Below, one piece after another: positions 30,155-46,443 of a stretch of DNA of 64,000 nucleotides. The notes under the pieces were generated by a model that saw only the letters and a program-made list of their open reading frames with translations, was not told where the DNA came from and did no database searches. The stretch lies in assembly GCA_951406725.2 (NCBI GenBank), contig OX597833.1, positions 23,002,001 through 23,066,000 of the forward strand. The letters are read 5' to 3'. This DNA comes from Octopus vulgaris. Its lineage: Eukaryota. How positions within the stretch are numbered: the first letter of the stretch is position 1; every line of letters begins with the position of its first letter. The position numbers were made by a program, and so were the translations under genes.

Positions 30155-30759
30155 AAGAAGCTCAGGACTCAAAGCAGAGACAGAGGGATTTTTAATTGCA
30201 GCACAAGACCAAAGCCTCCCCACCAGAAATTACCAAAAACATGTAATGAAAAGAAATATTACAAGTAACTGCAGAATATGTGGAGATGGACAAGAAACAA
30301 TAAATCATATTATCTCTAGCTGCCCAGTCCTGGCTAAGAAGGAATATATTCACAGACATGACAAAGTTGGAACCTACATACATTGGAAGCTATGTCAACA
30401 TTATGGAATAACAACAGAAAAAAGATGGTATAGGCACACACCAGAAAAGGTCACAGAAAACGAGAAAGCAACCATACTCTGGGATATGCCGATACACACA
30501 GATAGAGAAATTAAGGCCAACAGACCAGATATAGTTGTCAGAGACCATGAAGAAAAAAATGCTTTCTAATTGATGTATCAATACCGGCTGATGACAACGT
30601 GTCTCTAAAAGAAATGGAGAAACTCTCAAAATACAAAGACCTGGAAATAGAGGTAACTAGAATGTGGAATCTGAAAACAGAAACAATTCCTATCATAGTA
30701 GGTGCATTAGGCATGATAAAAAAATATTCAGACAAATACATAACAAAAACATAAAACTA

Positions 30760-30922
<163 letters not shown>

Positions 30923-31598
30923 AAGAAGAAGAAGAAGAAGAAGAAGAAGAAGAAGAAGAAGAAGAAGAAGAAGAAGAAGAAGAAGAAGAAGAAGAAGCTC
31001 AGGACTCAAAGCAGAGACAGAGGGATTTTTAATTGCAGCACAAGACCAAAGCCTCCCCACCAGAAATTACCAAAAACATGTAATGAAAAGAAATATTACA
31101 AGTAACTGCAGAATATGTGGAGATGGACAAGAAACAATAAATCATATTATCTCTAGCTGCCCAGTCCTGGCTAAGAAGGAATATATTCACAGACATGACA
31201 AAGTTGGAACCTACATACATTGGAAGCTATGTCAACATTATGGAATAACAACAGAAAAAGATGGTATAGGCACACACCAGAAAAGGTCACAGAAAACGAG
31301 AAAGCAACCATACTCTGGGATATGCCGATACACACAGATAGAGAAATTAAGGCCAACAGACCAGATATAGTTGTCAGAGACCATGAAGAAAAATATGCTT
31401 TCTAATTGATGTATCAATACCGGCTGATGACAACGTGTCTCTAAAAGAAATGGAGAAACTCTCAAAATACAAAGACCTGGAAATAGAGGTAACTAGAATG
31501 TGGAATCTGAAAACAGAAACAATTCCTATCATAGTAGGTGCATTAGGCATGATAAAAAAATATTCAGACAAATACATAACAAAAACATAAAACTACTG

Positions 31599-31654
<56 letters not shown>

Positions 31655-31685
31655 TAATAATAATAATAATAAGAATAAGAATAAA

Positions 31686-31757
<72 letters not shown>

Positions 31758-32380
31758 AAGAAGAAGAAGAAGAAGGAGAAGCTCAGGACTCAAAGCAGAG
31801 ACAGAGGGATTTTTAATTGCAGCACAAGACCAAAGCCTCCCCACCAGAAATTACCAAAAACATGTAATGAAAAGAAATATTACAAGTAACTGCAGAATAT
31901 GTGGAGATGGACAAGAAACAATAAATCATATTATCTCTAGCTGCCCAGTCCTGGCTAAGAAGGAATATATTCACAGACATGACAAAGTTGGAACCTACAT
32001 ACATTGGAAGCTATGTCAACATTATGGAATAACAACAGAAAAAAGATGGTATAGGCACACACCAGAAAAGGTCACAGAAAACGAGAAAGCAACCATACTC
32101 TGGGATATGCCGATACACACAGATAGAGAAATTAAGGCCAACAGACCAGATATAGTTGTCAGAGACCATGAAGAAAAAAATGCTTTCTAATTGATGTATC
32201 AATACCGGCTGATGACAACGTGTCTCTAAAAGAAATGGAGAAACTCTCAAAATACAAAGACCTGGAAATAGAGGTAACTAGAATGTGGAATCTGAAAACA
32301 GAAACAATTCCTATCATAGTAGGTGCATTAGGCATGATAAAAAAATATTCAGACAAATACATAACAAAAACATAAAACTA

Positions 32381-32411
<31 letters not shown>

Positions 32412-32412
32412 G

Positions 32413-32539
<127 letters not shown>

Positions 32540-33157
32540 AAGAAGAAGAAGAAGCTCAGGACTCAAAGCAGAGACAGAGGGATTTTTAATTGCAGCACAA
32601 GACCAAAGCCTCCCCACCAGAAATTACCAAAAACATGTAATGAAAAGAAATATTACAAGTAACTGCAGAATATGTGGAGATGGACAAGAAACAATAAATC
32701 ATATTATCTCTAGCTGCCCAGTCCTGGCTAAGAAGGAAAATATTCACAGACATGACAAAGTTGGAACCTACATACATTGGAAGCTATGTCAACATTATGG
32801 AATAACAACAGAAAAAAGATGGTATAGGCACACACCAGAAAAGGTCACAGAAAACGAGAAAGCAACCATACTCTGGGATATGCCGATACACACAGATAGA
32901 GAAATTAAGGCCAACAGACCAGATATAGTTGTCAGAGACCATGAAGAAAAAAATGCTTTCTAATTGATGTATCAATACCGGCTGATGACAACGTGTCTCT
33001 AAAAGAAATGGAGAAACTCTCAAAATACAAACACCTGGAAATAGAGGTAACTAGAATGTGGAATCTGAAAACAGAAACAATTCCTTCCATTGTAGGTGCA
33101 TTAGGCATGATAAAAAAATATTCAGACAAATACCTAACAAAAACATAAAACTACTGG

Positions 33158-33213
<56 letters not shown>

Positions 33214-33244
33214 TAATAATAATAATAATAATAATAAGAATAAA

Positions 33245-33309
<65 letters not shown>

Positions 33310-33953
33310 GAAGAAGAAGAAGAAGAAGAAGAAGGAGAAGCTCAGGACTCAAAGCAGAGACAGAGGGATTTTTAATTGCAGCACAAGACCAAAGCCTCCC
33401 CACCAGAAATTACCAAAAACATGTAATGAAAAGAAATATTACAAGTAACTGCAGAATATGTGGAGATGGACAAGAAACAATAAATCATATTATCTCTAGC
33501 TGCCCAGTCCTGGCTAAGAAGGAATATATTCACAGACATGACAAAGTTGGAACCTACATACATTGGAAGCTATGTCAACATTATGGAATAACAACAGAAA
33601 AAAGATGGTATAGGCACACACCAGAAAAGGTCACAGAGAACGAGAAAGCAACCATACTCTGGGATATGCCGATACACACAGATAGAGAAATTAAGGCCAA
33701 CAGACCAGATATAGTTGTCAGAGACCATGAAGAAAGAAAATGCTTTCGAATTGATGTATCAATACCGGCTGATGACAACGTGTCTCTAAAAGAAATGGAG
33801 AAACTCTCAAAATACAAAGACCTAGAAATAGAGGTAACTAGAATGTGGAATCTGAAAACAGAAACAATTCCTATCATAGTAGGTGTATTAGGCATGATAA
33901 AAAAATATTCAGACAAATACATAACAAAAACATAAAACTACTGAATAATAATC

Positions 33954-34126
<173 letters not shown>

Positions 34127-34749
34127 AAGAAGAAGAAGAAGAAGAAGAAGCTCAGGACTCAAAGCAGAGACAGAGGGATTTTTAATTGCAGCACAAGACC
34201 AAAGCCTCCCCACCAGAAATTACCAAAAACATGTAATGAAAAGAAATATTACAAGTAACTGCAGAATATGTGGAGATGGACAAGAAACAATAAATCATAT
34301 TATCTCTAGCTGCCCAGTCCTGGCTAAGAAGGAATATATTCACAGACATGACAAAGTTGGAACCTACATACATTGGAAGCTATGTCAACATTATGGAATA
34401 ACAACAGAAAAAAGATGGTATAGGCACACACCAGAAAAGGTCACAGAAAACGAGAAAGCAACCATACTCTGGGATATGCCGATACACACAGATAGAGAAA
34501 TTAAGGCCAACAGACCAGATATAGTTGTCAGAGACCATGAAGAAAAAAATGCTTTCTAATTGATGTATCAATACCGGCTGATGACAACGTGTCTCTAAAA
34601 GAAATGGAGAAACTCTCAAAATACAAACACCTGGAAATAGAGGTAACTAGAATGTGGAATCTGTAAACAGAAACAATTCCTATCATAGTAGGTGTATTAG
34701 GCATGATAAAAAAATATTCAGACAAATACATAACAAAAACATAAAACTA

Positions 34750-34808
<59 letters not shown>

Positions 34809-34829
34809 TAATAATAATAATAATAAAAA

Positions 34830-34860
<31 letters not shown>

Positions 34861-34886
34861 AATAATAATTATAAAAATAATAATAA

Positions 34887-34917
<31 letters not shown>

Positions 34918-35520
34918 CTCAGGACTCAAAGCAGAGACAGAGGGATTTTTAATTGCAGCACAAGACCAAAGCCTCCCCACCATAAATTACCAAAAACATG
35001 TAATGAAAAGAAATATTACAAGTAACTGCAGATTATGTGGAGATGGACAAGAAACAATAAATCATATTATCTCTAGCTGCCCAGTCCTGGCTAAGAAGGA
35101 ATATATTCACAGACATGACAAAGTTGGAACCTACATACATTGGAAGCTATGTCAACATTATGGAATAACAACAGGAAAAAGATGGTATAGGCACACACCA
35201 GAAAAGCTCACAGAAAACGAGAAAGCAACCATACTCTGGGATATGCCGATACACACAGATAGAGAAATTAAGGCCAACAGACCAGATATAGTTGTCAGAG
35301 ACCATGAAGAAAAAAATGCTTTCTAATTGATGTATCAATACCGGCTGATGACAACGTGTCTCTAAAAGAAATGGAGAAACTCTCAAAATACAAAGACCTG
35401 GAAATAGAGGTAACTAGAATGTGGAATCTGAAAACAGAAACAATTCCTTCCATAGTAGGTGCATTAGGCATAATAAAAAAATATTCAGACAAATACATAA
35501 CAAAAACATAAAACTACTGG

Positions 35521-35593
<73 letters not shown>

Positions 35594-35627
35594 TAATAAT
35601 AATAATAATAAGAAGAAGAAGAATAAA

Positions 35628-35690
<63 letters not shown>

Positions 35691-36288
35691 CTCAGTCTCA
35701 AAGCAGAGACAGAGGGATTTTTAATTGCAGCCCAAGCCCAAAGACTCCCCACCAGAAATTACCAAAAACATGTAATGAAAAGAAATATTACAAGTAACTG
35801 CAGAATATGTGGAGATGGACAAGAAACAATAAATCATATTATCTCTAGCTGCCCAGTCCTGGCTAAGAAGGAATATATTCACAGACATGACAAAGTTGGA
35901 ACCTACATACATTGGAAGCTATGTCAACATTATGGAATAACAACAGAAAAAAGATGGTATAGGCACACACCAGAAAAGGTCACAGAAAACGAGAAAGCAA
36001 CCATACTCTGGGATATGCCGATACACACAGATAGAGAAATTAAGGCCAACAGACCAGATATAGTTGTCAGAGACCATGAAGAAAAAAATGCTTTCTAATT
36101 GATGTATCAATACCGGCTGATGACAACGTGTCTCTAAAAGAAATGGAGAAACTCTCAAAATACAAAGACCTGGAAATAGAGGTAACTAGAATGTGGAATC
36201 TGTAAACAGAAACAATTCCTATCATAGTAGGTGTATTAGGCATGATAAAAAAATATTCAGACAAATACATAACAAAAACATAAAACTA

Positions 36289-36351
<63 letters not shown>

Positions 36352-36369
36352 TAATAATAATAATAAAAA

Positions 36370-36478
<109 letters not shown>

Positions 36479-37080
36479 CTCAGGACTCAAAGCAGAGACA
36501 GAGGGATTTTTAATTGCAGCACAAGACCAAAGCCTCCCCACCAGAAATTACCAAAAACATGTAATGAAAAGAAATATTACAAGTAACTGCAGATTATGTG
36601 GAGATGGACAAGAAACAATAAATCATATTATCTCTAGCTGCCCAGTCCTGGCTAAGAAGGAATATATTCACAGACATGACAAAGTTGGAACCTACATACA
36701 TTGGAAGCTATGTCAACATTATGGAATAACAACAGAAAAAAGATGGTATAGGCACACACCAGAAAAGGTCACAGAAAACGAGAAAGCAACCATACTCTGG
36801 GATATGCCGATACACACAGATAGAGAAATTAAGGCCAACAGACCAGATATAGTTGTCAGAGACCAAGAAAAAAATATGCTTTCTAATTGATGTATCAATA
36901 GCGGCTGATGACAACGTGTCTCTAAAAGAAATGGAGAAACTCTCAAAATACAAAGACCTGGAAATAGAGGTAACTAGAATGTGGAATCTGAAAACAGAAA
37001 CAATTCCTTCCATAGTAGGTGCATTAGGCATGATAAAAAAATATTCAGACAAATACATAACAAAAACATAAAACTACTGG

Positions 37081-37207
<127 letters not shown>

Positions 37208-37833
37208 GAAGAAGAAGAAGAAGAAGAAGAAGCTCAGGACTCAAAGCAGAGACAGAGGGATTTTTAATTGCAGCTCAAGCCCAAAGCCTCCCCACCAGAA
37301 ATTACCAAAAACATGTAATGAAAAGAAATATTACAAGTAACTGCAGAATATGTGGAGATGGACAAGAAACAATAAATCATATTATCTCTAGCTGCCCAGT
37401 CCTGGCTAAGAAGGAATATATTCACAGACATGACAAAGTTGGAACCTACATACATTGGAAGCTATGTCAACATTATGGAATAACAACAGAAAAAAGATGG
37501 TATAGGCACACACCAGAAAAGGTCACAGAAAACGAGAAAGCAACCATACTCTGGGATATGCCGATACACACAGATAGAGAAATTAAGGCCAACAGACCAG
37601 ATATAGTTGTCAGAGACCATGAAGAAAAAAAAATGCTTTCTAATTGATGTATCAATACCGGCTGATGACAACGTGTCTCTAAAAGAAATGGAGAAACTCG
37701 CAAAATACAAAGACCTGGAAATAGAGGTAACTAGAATGTGGAATCTGTAAACAGAAACAATTCCTATCATAGTAGGTGTATTAGGCATGATAAAAAAATA
37801 TTCAGACAAATACATAACAAAATCATAAAACTA

Positions 37834-37892
<59 letters not shown>

Positions 37893-37913
37893 TAATAATA
37901 ATAATAATAAAAA

Positions 37914-37971
<58 letters not shown>

Positions 37972-38609
37972 TATAATAATAATAATAATAAGAAGAAGAA
38001 GAAGAAGAAGCTCAGGACTCAAAGCAGAGACAGAGGGATTTTTAATTGCAGCACAAGACCAAAGCCTCCTCACCAGAAATTACCAAAAACATGTAATGAA
38101 AAGAAATATTACAAGTAACTGCAGAATATGTGGAGATGGACAAGAAACAATAAATCATATTATCTCTAGCTGCCCAGTCCTGGCTAAGAAGGAATATATT
38201 CACAGACATGACAAAGTTGGAACCTACATACATTGGAAGCTATGTCAACATTATGGAATAACAACAGAAAAAAGATGGTATAGGCACACACCAGAAAAGG
38301 TCACAGAAAACGAGAAAGCAACCATACTCTGGGATATGCCGATACTGACAGATAGAGAAATTAAGGCCAACAGACCAGATATAGTTGTCAGAGACCATGA
38401 AGAAAAAAATGCTTTCTAATTGATGTATCAATACCGGCTGATGACAACGTGTCTCTAAAAGAAATGGAGAAACTCTCAAAATACAAAGACCTGGAAATAG
38501 AGGTAACTAGAATGTGGAATCTGAAAACAGAAACAATTCCTATCATAGTAGGTGCATTAGGCATGATAAAAAAATATTCAGACAAATACATAACAAAAAC
38601 ATAAAACTA

Positions 38610-38643
<34 letters not shown>

Positions 38644-38644
38644 G

Positions 38645-38776
<132 letters not shown>

Positions 38777-39395
38777 GAAGAAGAAGAAGAAGAAGCTCAG
38801 GACTCAAAGCAGAGACAGAGGGATTTTTAATTGCAGCACAAGACCAAAGCCTCCCCACCAGAAATTACCAAAAACATGTAATGAAAAGAAATATTACAAG
38901 TAACTGCAGAATATGTGGAGATGGACATGAAACAATAAATCATATTATCTCTAGCTGCCCAGTCCTGGCTAAGAAGGAATATATTCACAGACATGACAAA
39001 GTTGGAACCTACATACATTGGAAACTATGTCAACATTATGGAATAACAACAGAAAAAAGATGGTATAGGCACACACCAGAAAAGGTCACAGAAAACGAGA
39101 AAGCAACCATACTCTGGGATATGCCGATACACACAGATAGAGAAATTAAGGCCAACAGACCAGATATAGTTGTCAGAGACCATGAAGAAAAAGAATGCTT
39201 TCTAAATGATGTATCAATACCGGTTGATGACAACGTGTCTCTAAAAGAAATGGAGAAACTCTCAAAATACAAAGACCTGGAAATAGAGGTAACTAGAATG
39301 TGGAATCTGAAAACAGAAACAATTCCTATCATAGTAGGTGCATTAGGCATGATAAAAAAATATTCAGACAAATACATAACAAAAACATAAAACTA

Positions 39396-39627
<232 letters not shown>

Positions 39628-39628
<1 letters not shown>

Positions 39629-40051
39629 TTCATACTGATTTACAGGCAACATTTTTCGTCGCCAGTAAAGATTCGGTAAAGAAATCGTTGCTTGTGTACA
39701 TGAATTGAGCGGTGACGAGCAAGCATTTTTGAACTTGACATACCAATCAGGAGCGGTTCTTTCAACTATAGCACCCTCTCCATACACAGCACAAATGTCG
39801 CGAGCAGCTTTTGCGGCCTTAGAGCCTTGATTTAAAGCAAAAAGAAGGAGGTGTCGAAAATGCTCGTATTTCTTAACTTGACATTCCATTTTAATGATCT
39901 GAAAATAAACAAAAATTAACTAAAATTAACTAGAAAAAAAAACAAAACAAAATAAATTCCAAAAGGATTCCAAAATAGAATTCTCAAAAACAATAGATTC
40001 GCAATAATTACCAAAATTTTAAAAACGGCGGGAACTTAGTTGCCAACCCAA
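39628..40051 (-). mobile_element. Mariner transposon 5' fragment, internally deleted pseudogene
   Basis: TA|TTGGGTTGGCAACTAAGTT terminus at 40051; MECQVKKYEHFRHLLLFALNQGSKAAKAARDICAVYGEG HTH; after a deletion, FLYRIFTGDEK (first catalytic Asp) appears in another frame. Confidence 0.88.
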
Positions 40052-40459
40052 TATATGAATAAATGTTTAATATATTTGTAAGCATACACCTATATGTATA
40101 TGAAGATGAAGTTGCGTACATATATACGTATGTGTGTGGGCATATTTATACATGTATGTGTATATATGTATGTATGTATGTATATGCGTTTGTAAGTGTA
40201 GTGCTGTGTATATGAGCATGTAAATGCAAGTATATGCCTTGTGTGTGTATGGGCATATATATATATATAGTTAAACCAAACATGAAAGCACAAAAGAAAA
40301 ACACAACAACGCGAGGACGTGGAAAAAATGTAGTATTATTGGACGCTCAGGAAAGAAGGAAAGAAGGAGGGTTTAACGTTTGTGTGTGTGTGTGTGTGTG
40401 GTGTTCAAGAAAAGGGATTCAAGGAATCAAAACCAAAAGAGGTTCCCAATGTATGTGTA

Positions 40460-40690
40460 TATGTGTGTGCACGTATCTTTTCGTTTGTGTTTGTCCCCAC
40501 TCCATTTCACCGCTCGACCGGCTGGTGTTGTTTTGTTTACGTCCCCATAACCTAACTGTTCAGTAAAGACAACCCGATTGGAAAAGTAGCAAGCTTTAAA
40601 AATGTGTACTGGAGTCACTTTATTCACGTAAACCCTTCAAAGCGGTGCACCAGCATGGCTACAGTCCCAATGACTGGGGAAAAAAAGAAT
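40460..40690 (+). mobile_element. SINE family B 3' body, diverged
   Basis: GTGTTTGTCCCC...TTTACGTCCCCATAAC...GCGGTGCACCAGCATGGCTACAGTC...ATGACTG. Confidence 0.65.
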
Positions 40691-40749
40691 ATTCGTAAAT
40701 TCTATTCAATAAATTCTATTCTATTCAATAAAGTGTTATAACAATACAG

Positions 40750-40935
40750 AATGCGGCGAGTTTCCAGAATCGTTACTCTGTCGCACAAAATGCTTAGCAG
40801 CATTTATTCCGGCTTTCTACGTTCCGAGTTCAAAGACTTTGCCTTTCATCCTTTCGGGGTCAATAAAAACAGGTACCAGTTGAGCACTGAGGGCCATGTA
40901 ATCGACTTACTGCCTTCCCCTAAGATAGCTGGTGT
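40750..40935 (+). mobile_element. Diverged SINE family A-related copy
   Basis: GCGGCGAG...GCCTTTCATCCTTTCGGGGTCAATAAAA...GTACCAGTTGAGCACTG. Confidence 0.6.
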
Positions 40936-41790
40936 TGAGCCTCTCTCTCTCCGTTATTCAACCCCACGCACCATCACCCCGCCATTGCCGCCGCCGCTGC
41001 CACCACCACCACCATCTCACTGATTCCCTATTCACACCCATACTTCTTCCATCCACTCTTATCTCTCTCTCTCTCTGTCTCTTTGTTTCTTTACCTTCCC
41101 CTTCCCATTTCACCACCGACGCCGCCACCGCCATATCTGTTTCTCATTTTCAAGCACACACACACACACTCTCTCCCTCCCTGATTGTACCTGTGTGTGT
41201 GTGTGTGTGTGTCTCTCTCTCTCTGTGACTGTTTCTTTGACTCTCTCCTTTCCTCTTCCTCCACCAACATCACCATATATCTCTTTCTCCCTCCCTCTCT
41301 TTTTCCTCTTCCACCCCTCTCTCTCTCTCTCACACCTTTTCTCTTTCTTTCTCTCTCATATCCCAACATACACACACACACACACACATATATGTACACA
41401 AAGTGACATACATATATGCACATAAACACATGACATAAGGCCGTTCTCCATCCTCCAACACTGCTTAAACTCTGTGTGTGTGTGTGTGTGTGTGCACACG
41501 CGTGTCTGCCTGTGTGTGTGACTCTGGGAGGAGGAGGAGGAGGAGGAGGATGAAACGGGGTGGAGGGGAGAGAGAGGGAGAAGTTACTTTTTACCGAGAA
41601 GGGTGAGAGAGAAGGGACCTGCTTTCACACTTAGGACGGTCCGCGCAGGATTAAGACAATCTACATCAAAACTTAACCCCTTTTGGAATTTAAATCCTTA
41701 CGAAAAAAAAAAGAACTTACTTCTCTTGTATATATATATATATATTAGTAGTATATATATTATTGCATATTGTATATATAATAATATACT

Positions 41791-41838
<48 letters not shown>

Positions 41839-42751
41839 CACTGGATTGGAAAAAACTCATTTCTCTGAAAAAAAAAAATTATCTTTTTGGATAATTTTGC
41901 CTTTTACACTCACGTATGTATATCAATTACTTTTACTACACACTTAATTGAGGATATTAATTAATTTATAACACACACACACACATAAAGAATCTATCAC
42001 CTTTTCATTGCTGTGTTTTAAAAAAACTGCAGAAAAGTTATATATTTTCTATATGTGTTTGTATATTAATTACAGATATGTAAGTTGATCATATAGACCC
42101 CAGTGTTTCACTGGTACTTAATTTATTGATCCCTGAAAGGATGAAGGGTAAAGTTGACCTCAACGGAATTTGAACTCGAAATGGAGCAATGGAAGAAGTG
42201 ATTGCAGAGCAAAAAGTTTTGCCCCAGAAAACAACACACCACCCAGTCTAGGAATTGAAACCACAACCTCATAATTGTGAGTGCAACATCCTAACCACTA
42301 AGCCATGGAGTGGAGCACTCAGGTACTTACCAGCCCGTTAATTCCACAAGCCAGCTTGTCGTATATTCGCACCATTTACCCAGGTTGTTTGTGATCTGGT
42401 CTCATTTTATTGTTTGTCTCCTTCACTGCCCTTTGCATTTGCTCACTCAAACCCCTGCAGTCCTTTTGCTGCTGTTGACACCCCCAAAATAATCTTATCA
42501 GTAAAGGTGCAAAATTATGATTTTTCAATGAGAACCGATGAGGGATGAGCATGTCCACATGGTGTGTAAGAATTTTCCTGGGATCCTTTGTCGTACTTCT
42601 GTGCAAAATTTTAATCACACCAAGCACACACACATATATATATTCAAGACAAGGTATAAATAACGGCCATTACCTATTTCTCTATACTGTAGTTAACTTG
42701 ACTTGCAGCTGTTTCCAGTAGCAATTATAGGTTCGTTATTGGCAGGTTTAC

Positions 42752-42965
42752 AGGCGAGCTGGCAGAAACGTTAGCACGCCGGGCGAAATGCGTAGCCGTA
42801 TTTCGTCTGCCGTTACGTTCTGGGTTCAAATTCCGCTGAGGTCGACTTTGCCTTTTATCCTTTCGGGGTCGATAAATTAAGTACCAATTACGCACTGGGG
42901 TCGATGTAATCGACTTAATCCCTTTGTCTGTTCTTGTTTAGCCCCTTGTGGGTAATAAAGAAACA
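42752..42965 (+). mobile_element. SINE family A, full length with 15 bp target-site duplication
   Basis: GGCGAGCTGGCAGAAACGTTAG...GGTAATAAAGAAA flanked by TATTGGCAGGTTTAC at 42737-42751 and 42966-42980. Confidence 0.9.
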
Positions 42966-43213
42966 TATTGGCAGGTTTACTCAGTCGGCTCATCGACCAG
43001 TTGGGAAATGTTGAATGACCTAAAATGCTACTTCCATCAGAACCATGATGAACAATAACCTTGGACCCTGCCACAAGAATACACAAAGTTCTTTATCAAT
43101 CTAAACCACGGTGTTTGCCTGGTTTACAAACAGAAAGCATGGATTGATAATCTCTCACAAATAATCCCTCTCTCTCTACACACACACATACATGTATACA
43201 CATAGACCAGCGG

Positions 43214-43252
<39 letters not shown>

Positions 43253-43322
43253 GTAAGTAGAGTTTGCTCCAGCATGGCCACAGTCAAATGACTGAAACAA
43301 GTAAAAGAGTAAAAAAAAAAGT

Positions 43323-43368
<46 letters not shown>

Positions 43369-43529
43369 ATGCATTGCCGAATCTAGGAATTGAACCTATG
43401 ATTGCTAGATATGAATGTACCATTCTAACCACTATACCAAACACCTTCACATATATACACATACATATAGAATTTGCATGTATAGATATATGGATATATA
43501 TGTGTGTGTGTGTGTCTGATATATTCTTT

Positions 43530-44400
43530 AATTTGTTTTTCGTCATTTGACGGCGGCCATACTGGAGCACCACCTTGAAGGGTTTTTTAGTGGAACAAAT
43601 CGAACCCCGCCTTCTCGCCGGACTTATTCTGTTGGTCTCTTTTGCTGAACTGCTAAGTTACAGCAATGTAGACACACCAACAATGTCAAGCAGTGATGGA
43701 GAAACAAACACCAGTACAAAGATGCAAATATATGCATAATTATATACATAAACATGGTATGAGGTGGTGAAGCATGGCCTTCGAATGTTGGGCCTCACAG
43801 AGGCAAATGACAAGCAACCGAGACCCTTTGGAGATATTCTTGAGAAGACCTGGCAAGCTAAGTGAGATCGTAGCCAAAGTTGATACCAGTGTTGCGTTAC
43901 CAGCCCATTTAAAAAGAGCCCTTCAGTCATTGGGCAGTATGCTGTGCTTGAGAAGACCTATTGAGTGAAGTGAAATCGTAGTTGTGGCCCAAGCCAGTGC
44001 CGCCTGACTGGCTCCTGTGCCAGTGGCACGTAAAAAGCACCATTTGAGTGTGGCTATTGGCAGTACCACCTGACTGGCCTCCGTGCCGGTGGAACATATA
44101 GTGGCTGGTGTTAGGAAGAGCATTCTGCTGTAGAAACCTGACTGGATCAGATTGGAGCCTTGCTGTCCTCGGTCAAACTGTGCGACCCATGCCAGCATGG
44201 AAAGCATGTTAAACATTGATGATGATGATGATGATATACGATGTGCTTCTTTCAGTTTCTGTCTACCAAATCCATTTACAAGTCTTTGGTCGGCTCGAGG
44301 CTATAGTAGAAGACACTTGCCCAAGGTGCCACGCAGTGGGACTGAACCCAGAACCATGTGGTTGAGAAGCAAGCTTCTTACCACACAGCCACGCCTGCAC
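43530..44400. mobile_element. Cluster of nested SINEs: minus-strand family B split by a plus-strand family C element with (GAT)n tail
   Basis: Family B 3' body (-) at 43530-43720, family C at ~43750-44235 ending GATGATGAT, family B head (-) at 44245-44400. Confidence 0.65.
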
Positions 44401-45106
44401 CTATATATATATATTTTATATATACACACACACACATATATATGCTAGCATGTATGTGGACTAAGTCATCTCATCCAAACAAGTTAGTAGACACTTAGTC
44501 TTCCACACACACACACACACACACGCAAGATGCTTTCTACTGATATGCACGTGTGTATGTGTATACATCTATATACACACACACACACGCATATATATTT
44601 GACCATTAAGTTGGTGTGGGCTCACGTACCATACAAACATATATAGTGTGTGCATACATGTATATATATGGGAGTGTGTATGTATATATGTATGTGTGTG
44701 TGTGTGTATTTATATATCTATATCTATTCACTACTACGATTTTATAAACAATATCGGATCAATACTTTTGATCTCAAAATGTATTTAGAAAGCTATAATG
44801 TTTATTGTTCATGTATGTGGCAATCTTTCGTCTCTAGTAGACCTTTCCGTCGATTTCCGTAAAAAAATATTTTTTTTACATATGGGCTTGCGGGAACTTT
44901 TGAAGTAATGAGAGCGAAAGAGACTAAGAGAAAGCGATTGTATGACGAGGGAAGTTCTTTTGAAGTTACCGTGCATGGGAGCATTGATGTACATGTGTGT
45001 GTGTGTGTGTTTGATGGGGTGTGGGAGACAGACAGTATGTTGTGTAATCGACGGAAAGGTCTACTAGAGACGAAAGATCACCCATGTATGTATGTGTGTG
45101 TGTGTG

Positions 45107-45137
<31 letters not shown>

Positions 45138-45141
45138 CTCC

Positions 45142-45189
<48 letters not shown>

Positions 45190-45193
<4 letters not shown>

Positions 45194-45615
45194 ATATTTC
45201 GGAATGGTCATTTTGCCAGTTTAGCCAATAAAAACACACGCACTATATTTGGTGTTATTTTGCTTCAGTGTTATTTATTTTTTTACATTAATCTTAATCT
45301 TATTTCGGCCAGAGTTCTTTCGTCACACTCCTGTGACCGCATCAGTGGTCCTTTGTTTTCTTCTTTCTTATTCGTGTCTCTCCTTACTAACCGTCAGCCA
45401 TTTTGTATTTCTATTTTAAGTCTTCATTTGCGCATGCTTATATCTCTATGTGCGTTTATGTTTATTTAGTGTGTGTATGTGGGGGGATGCCTGTAATATT
45501 AATATCTTCTGTTTATATATGTTCATGTAATTTGTATTTTTTGTATTCTGTTGTTTTTTTTGTTTTTGTTGTTTTTGGCTAAACTGGCAAAATGACCATT
45601 CCGAAATATAACAAT
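45190..45615 (-). mobile_element. Penelope-like pLTR with hammerhead-like motif (45307-45350) and inverted terminal segment
   Basis: Minus strand GACCA-CTGATGC-G-GTCAC-AGGAGT-GTGAC-GAAA-GAAC-TC-TGGCC; ~45187-45227 is inverted at ~45576-45615. Confidence 0.55.
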
Positions 45616-45670
45616 ATCTGTTTCAACACACGACTTCACATAAAAAATCTTGCACAACAAATATTTAAAC

Positions 45671-45705
<35 letters not shown>

Positions 45706-45949
45706 AACACTTAAGTATAAGTGACGTTGAATCATTATATTTTCCCTTACTCAGAGAAAGCCTAAATAAATAATATAACCTAAGAGAAAGCTTAAGGTAG
45801 AATAAACAGAAAACCGCGACTGATGTAGCAATAGCCATTTTAGCCATTTTGAAATGTGGCGCGAATTGGCAATATGACGTAATGTCTTTGCTGAAGGATT
45901 ATCATTTTAGTTTTATTCCATTGGTTAATATAAATTGCTCATATATATT

Positions 45950-46153
45950 TCGTCGGGCGAAATGCGTAGCCGTATTTCGTCTGCCGTTACGTTCTGAGTT
46001 CAAATTCCGTCGAGGTCGACTTTGCCTTTCATCCTTTTGGGGTCGATAAATTAAGTACCAGTTACGCACTGGGGTCGATGTAATCGACTTAATCTGTTTG
46101 TCTGTCCTTGTTTGTCCCCTCTGTGTTTAGCCCCTTGTGGGTAGTAAAGAAAT
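45950..46153 (+). mobile_element. SINE family A, slightly 5'-truncated
   Basis: High identity to 42752-42965. Confidence 0.85.
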
Positions 46154-46354
46154 ATCTATAAAGATTCTAGAAGTTTCGAAAAGAATATCTGTCATGAATT
46201 TCGATTCTTTTAGAATCTTTATACAAGCAAGTTATATTAACCAATGGAAATAGGAATTAAAAACATGCTTTCTTGCAGCTCCGAGGGTTTTTAATTCTTA
46301 TTTCTAGTGATATAGGTGCTACTCGCCCCCCCCTCGGTTACCTGCACTTTGAAT

Positions 46355-46443
<89 letters not shown>

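Noticed and set aside
44822-45080. Short inverted pair with GTCT-ACTA-GAGAC-GAAAGAT resembling a hammerhead half
   Set aside because: No CUGANGA-like core; too degenerate to call
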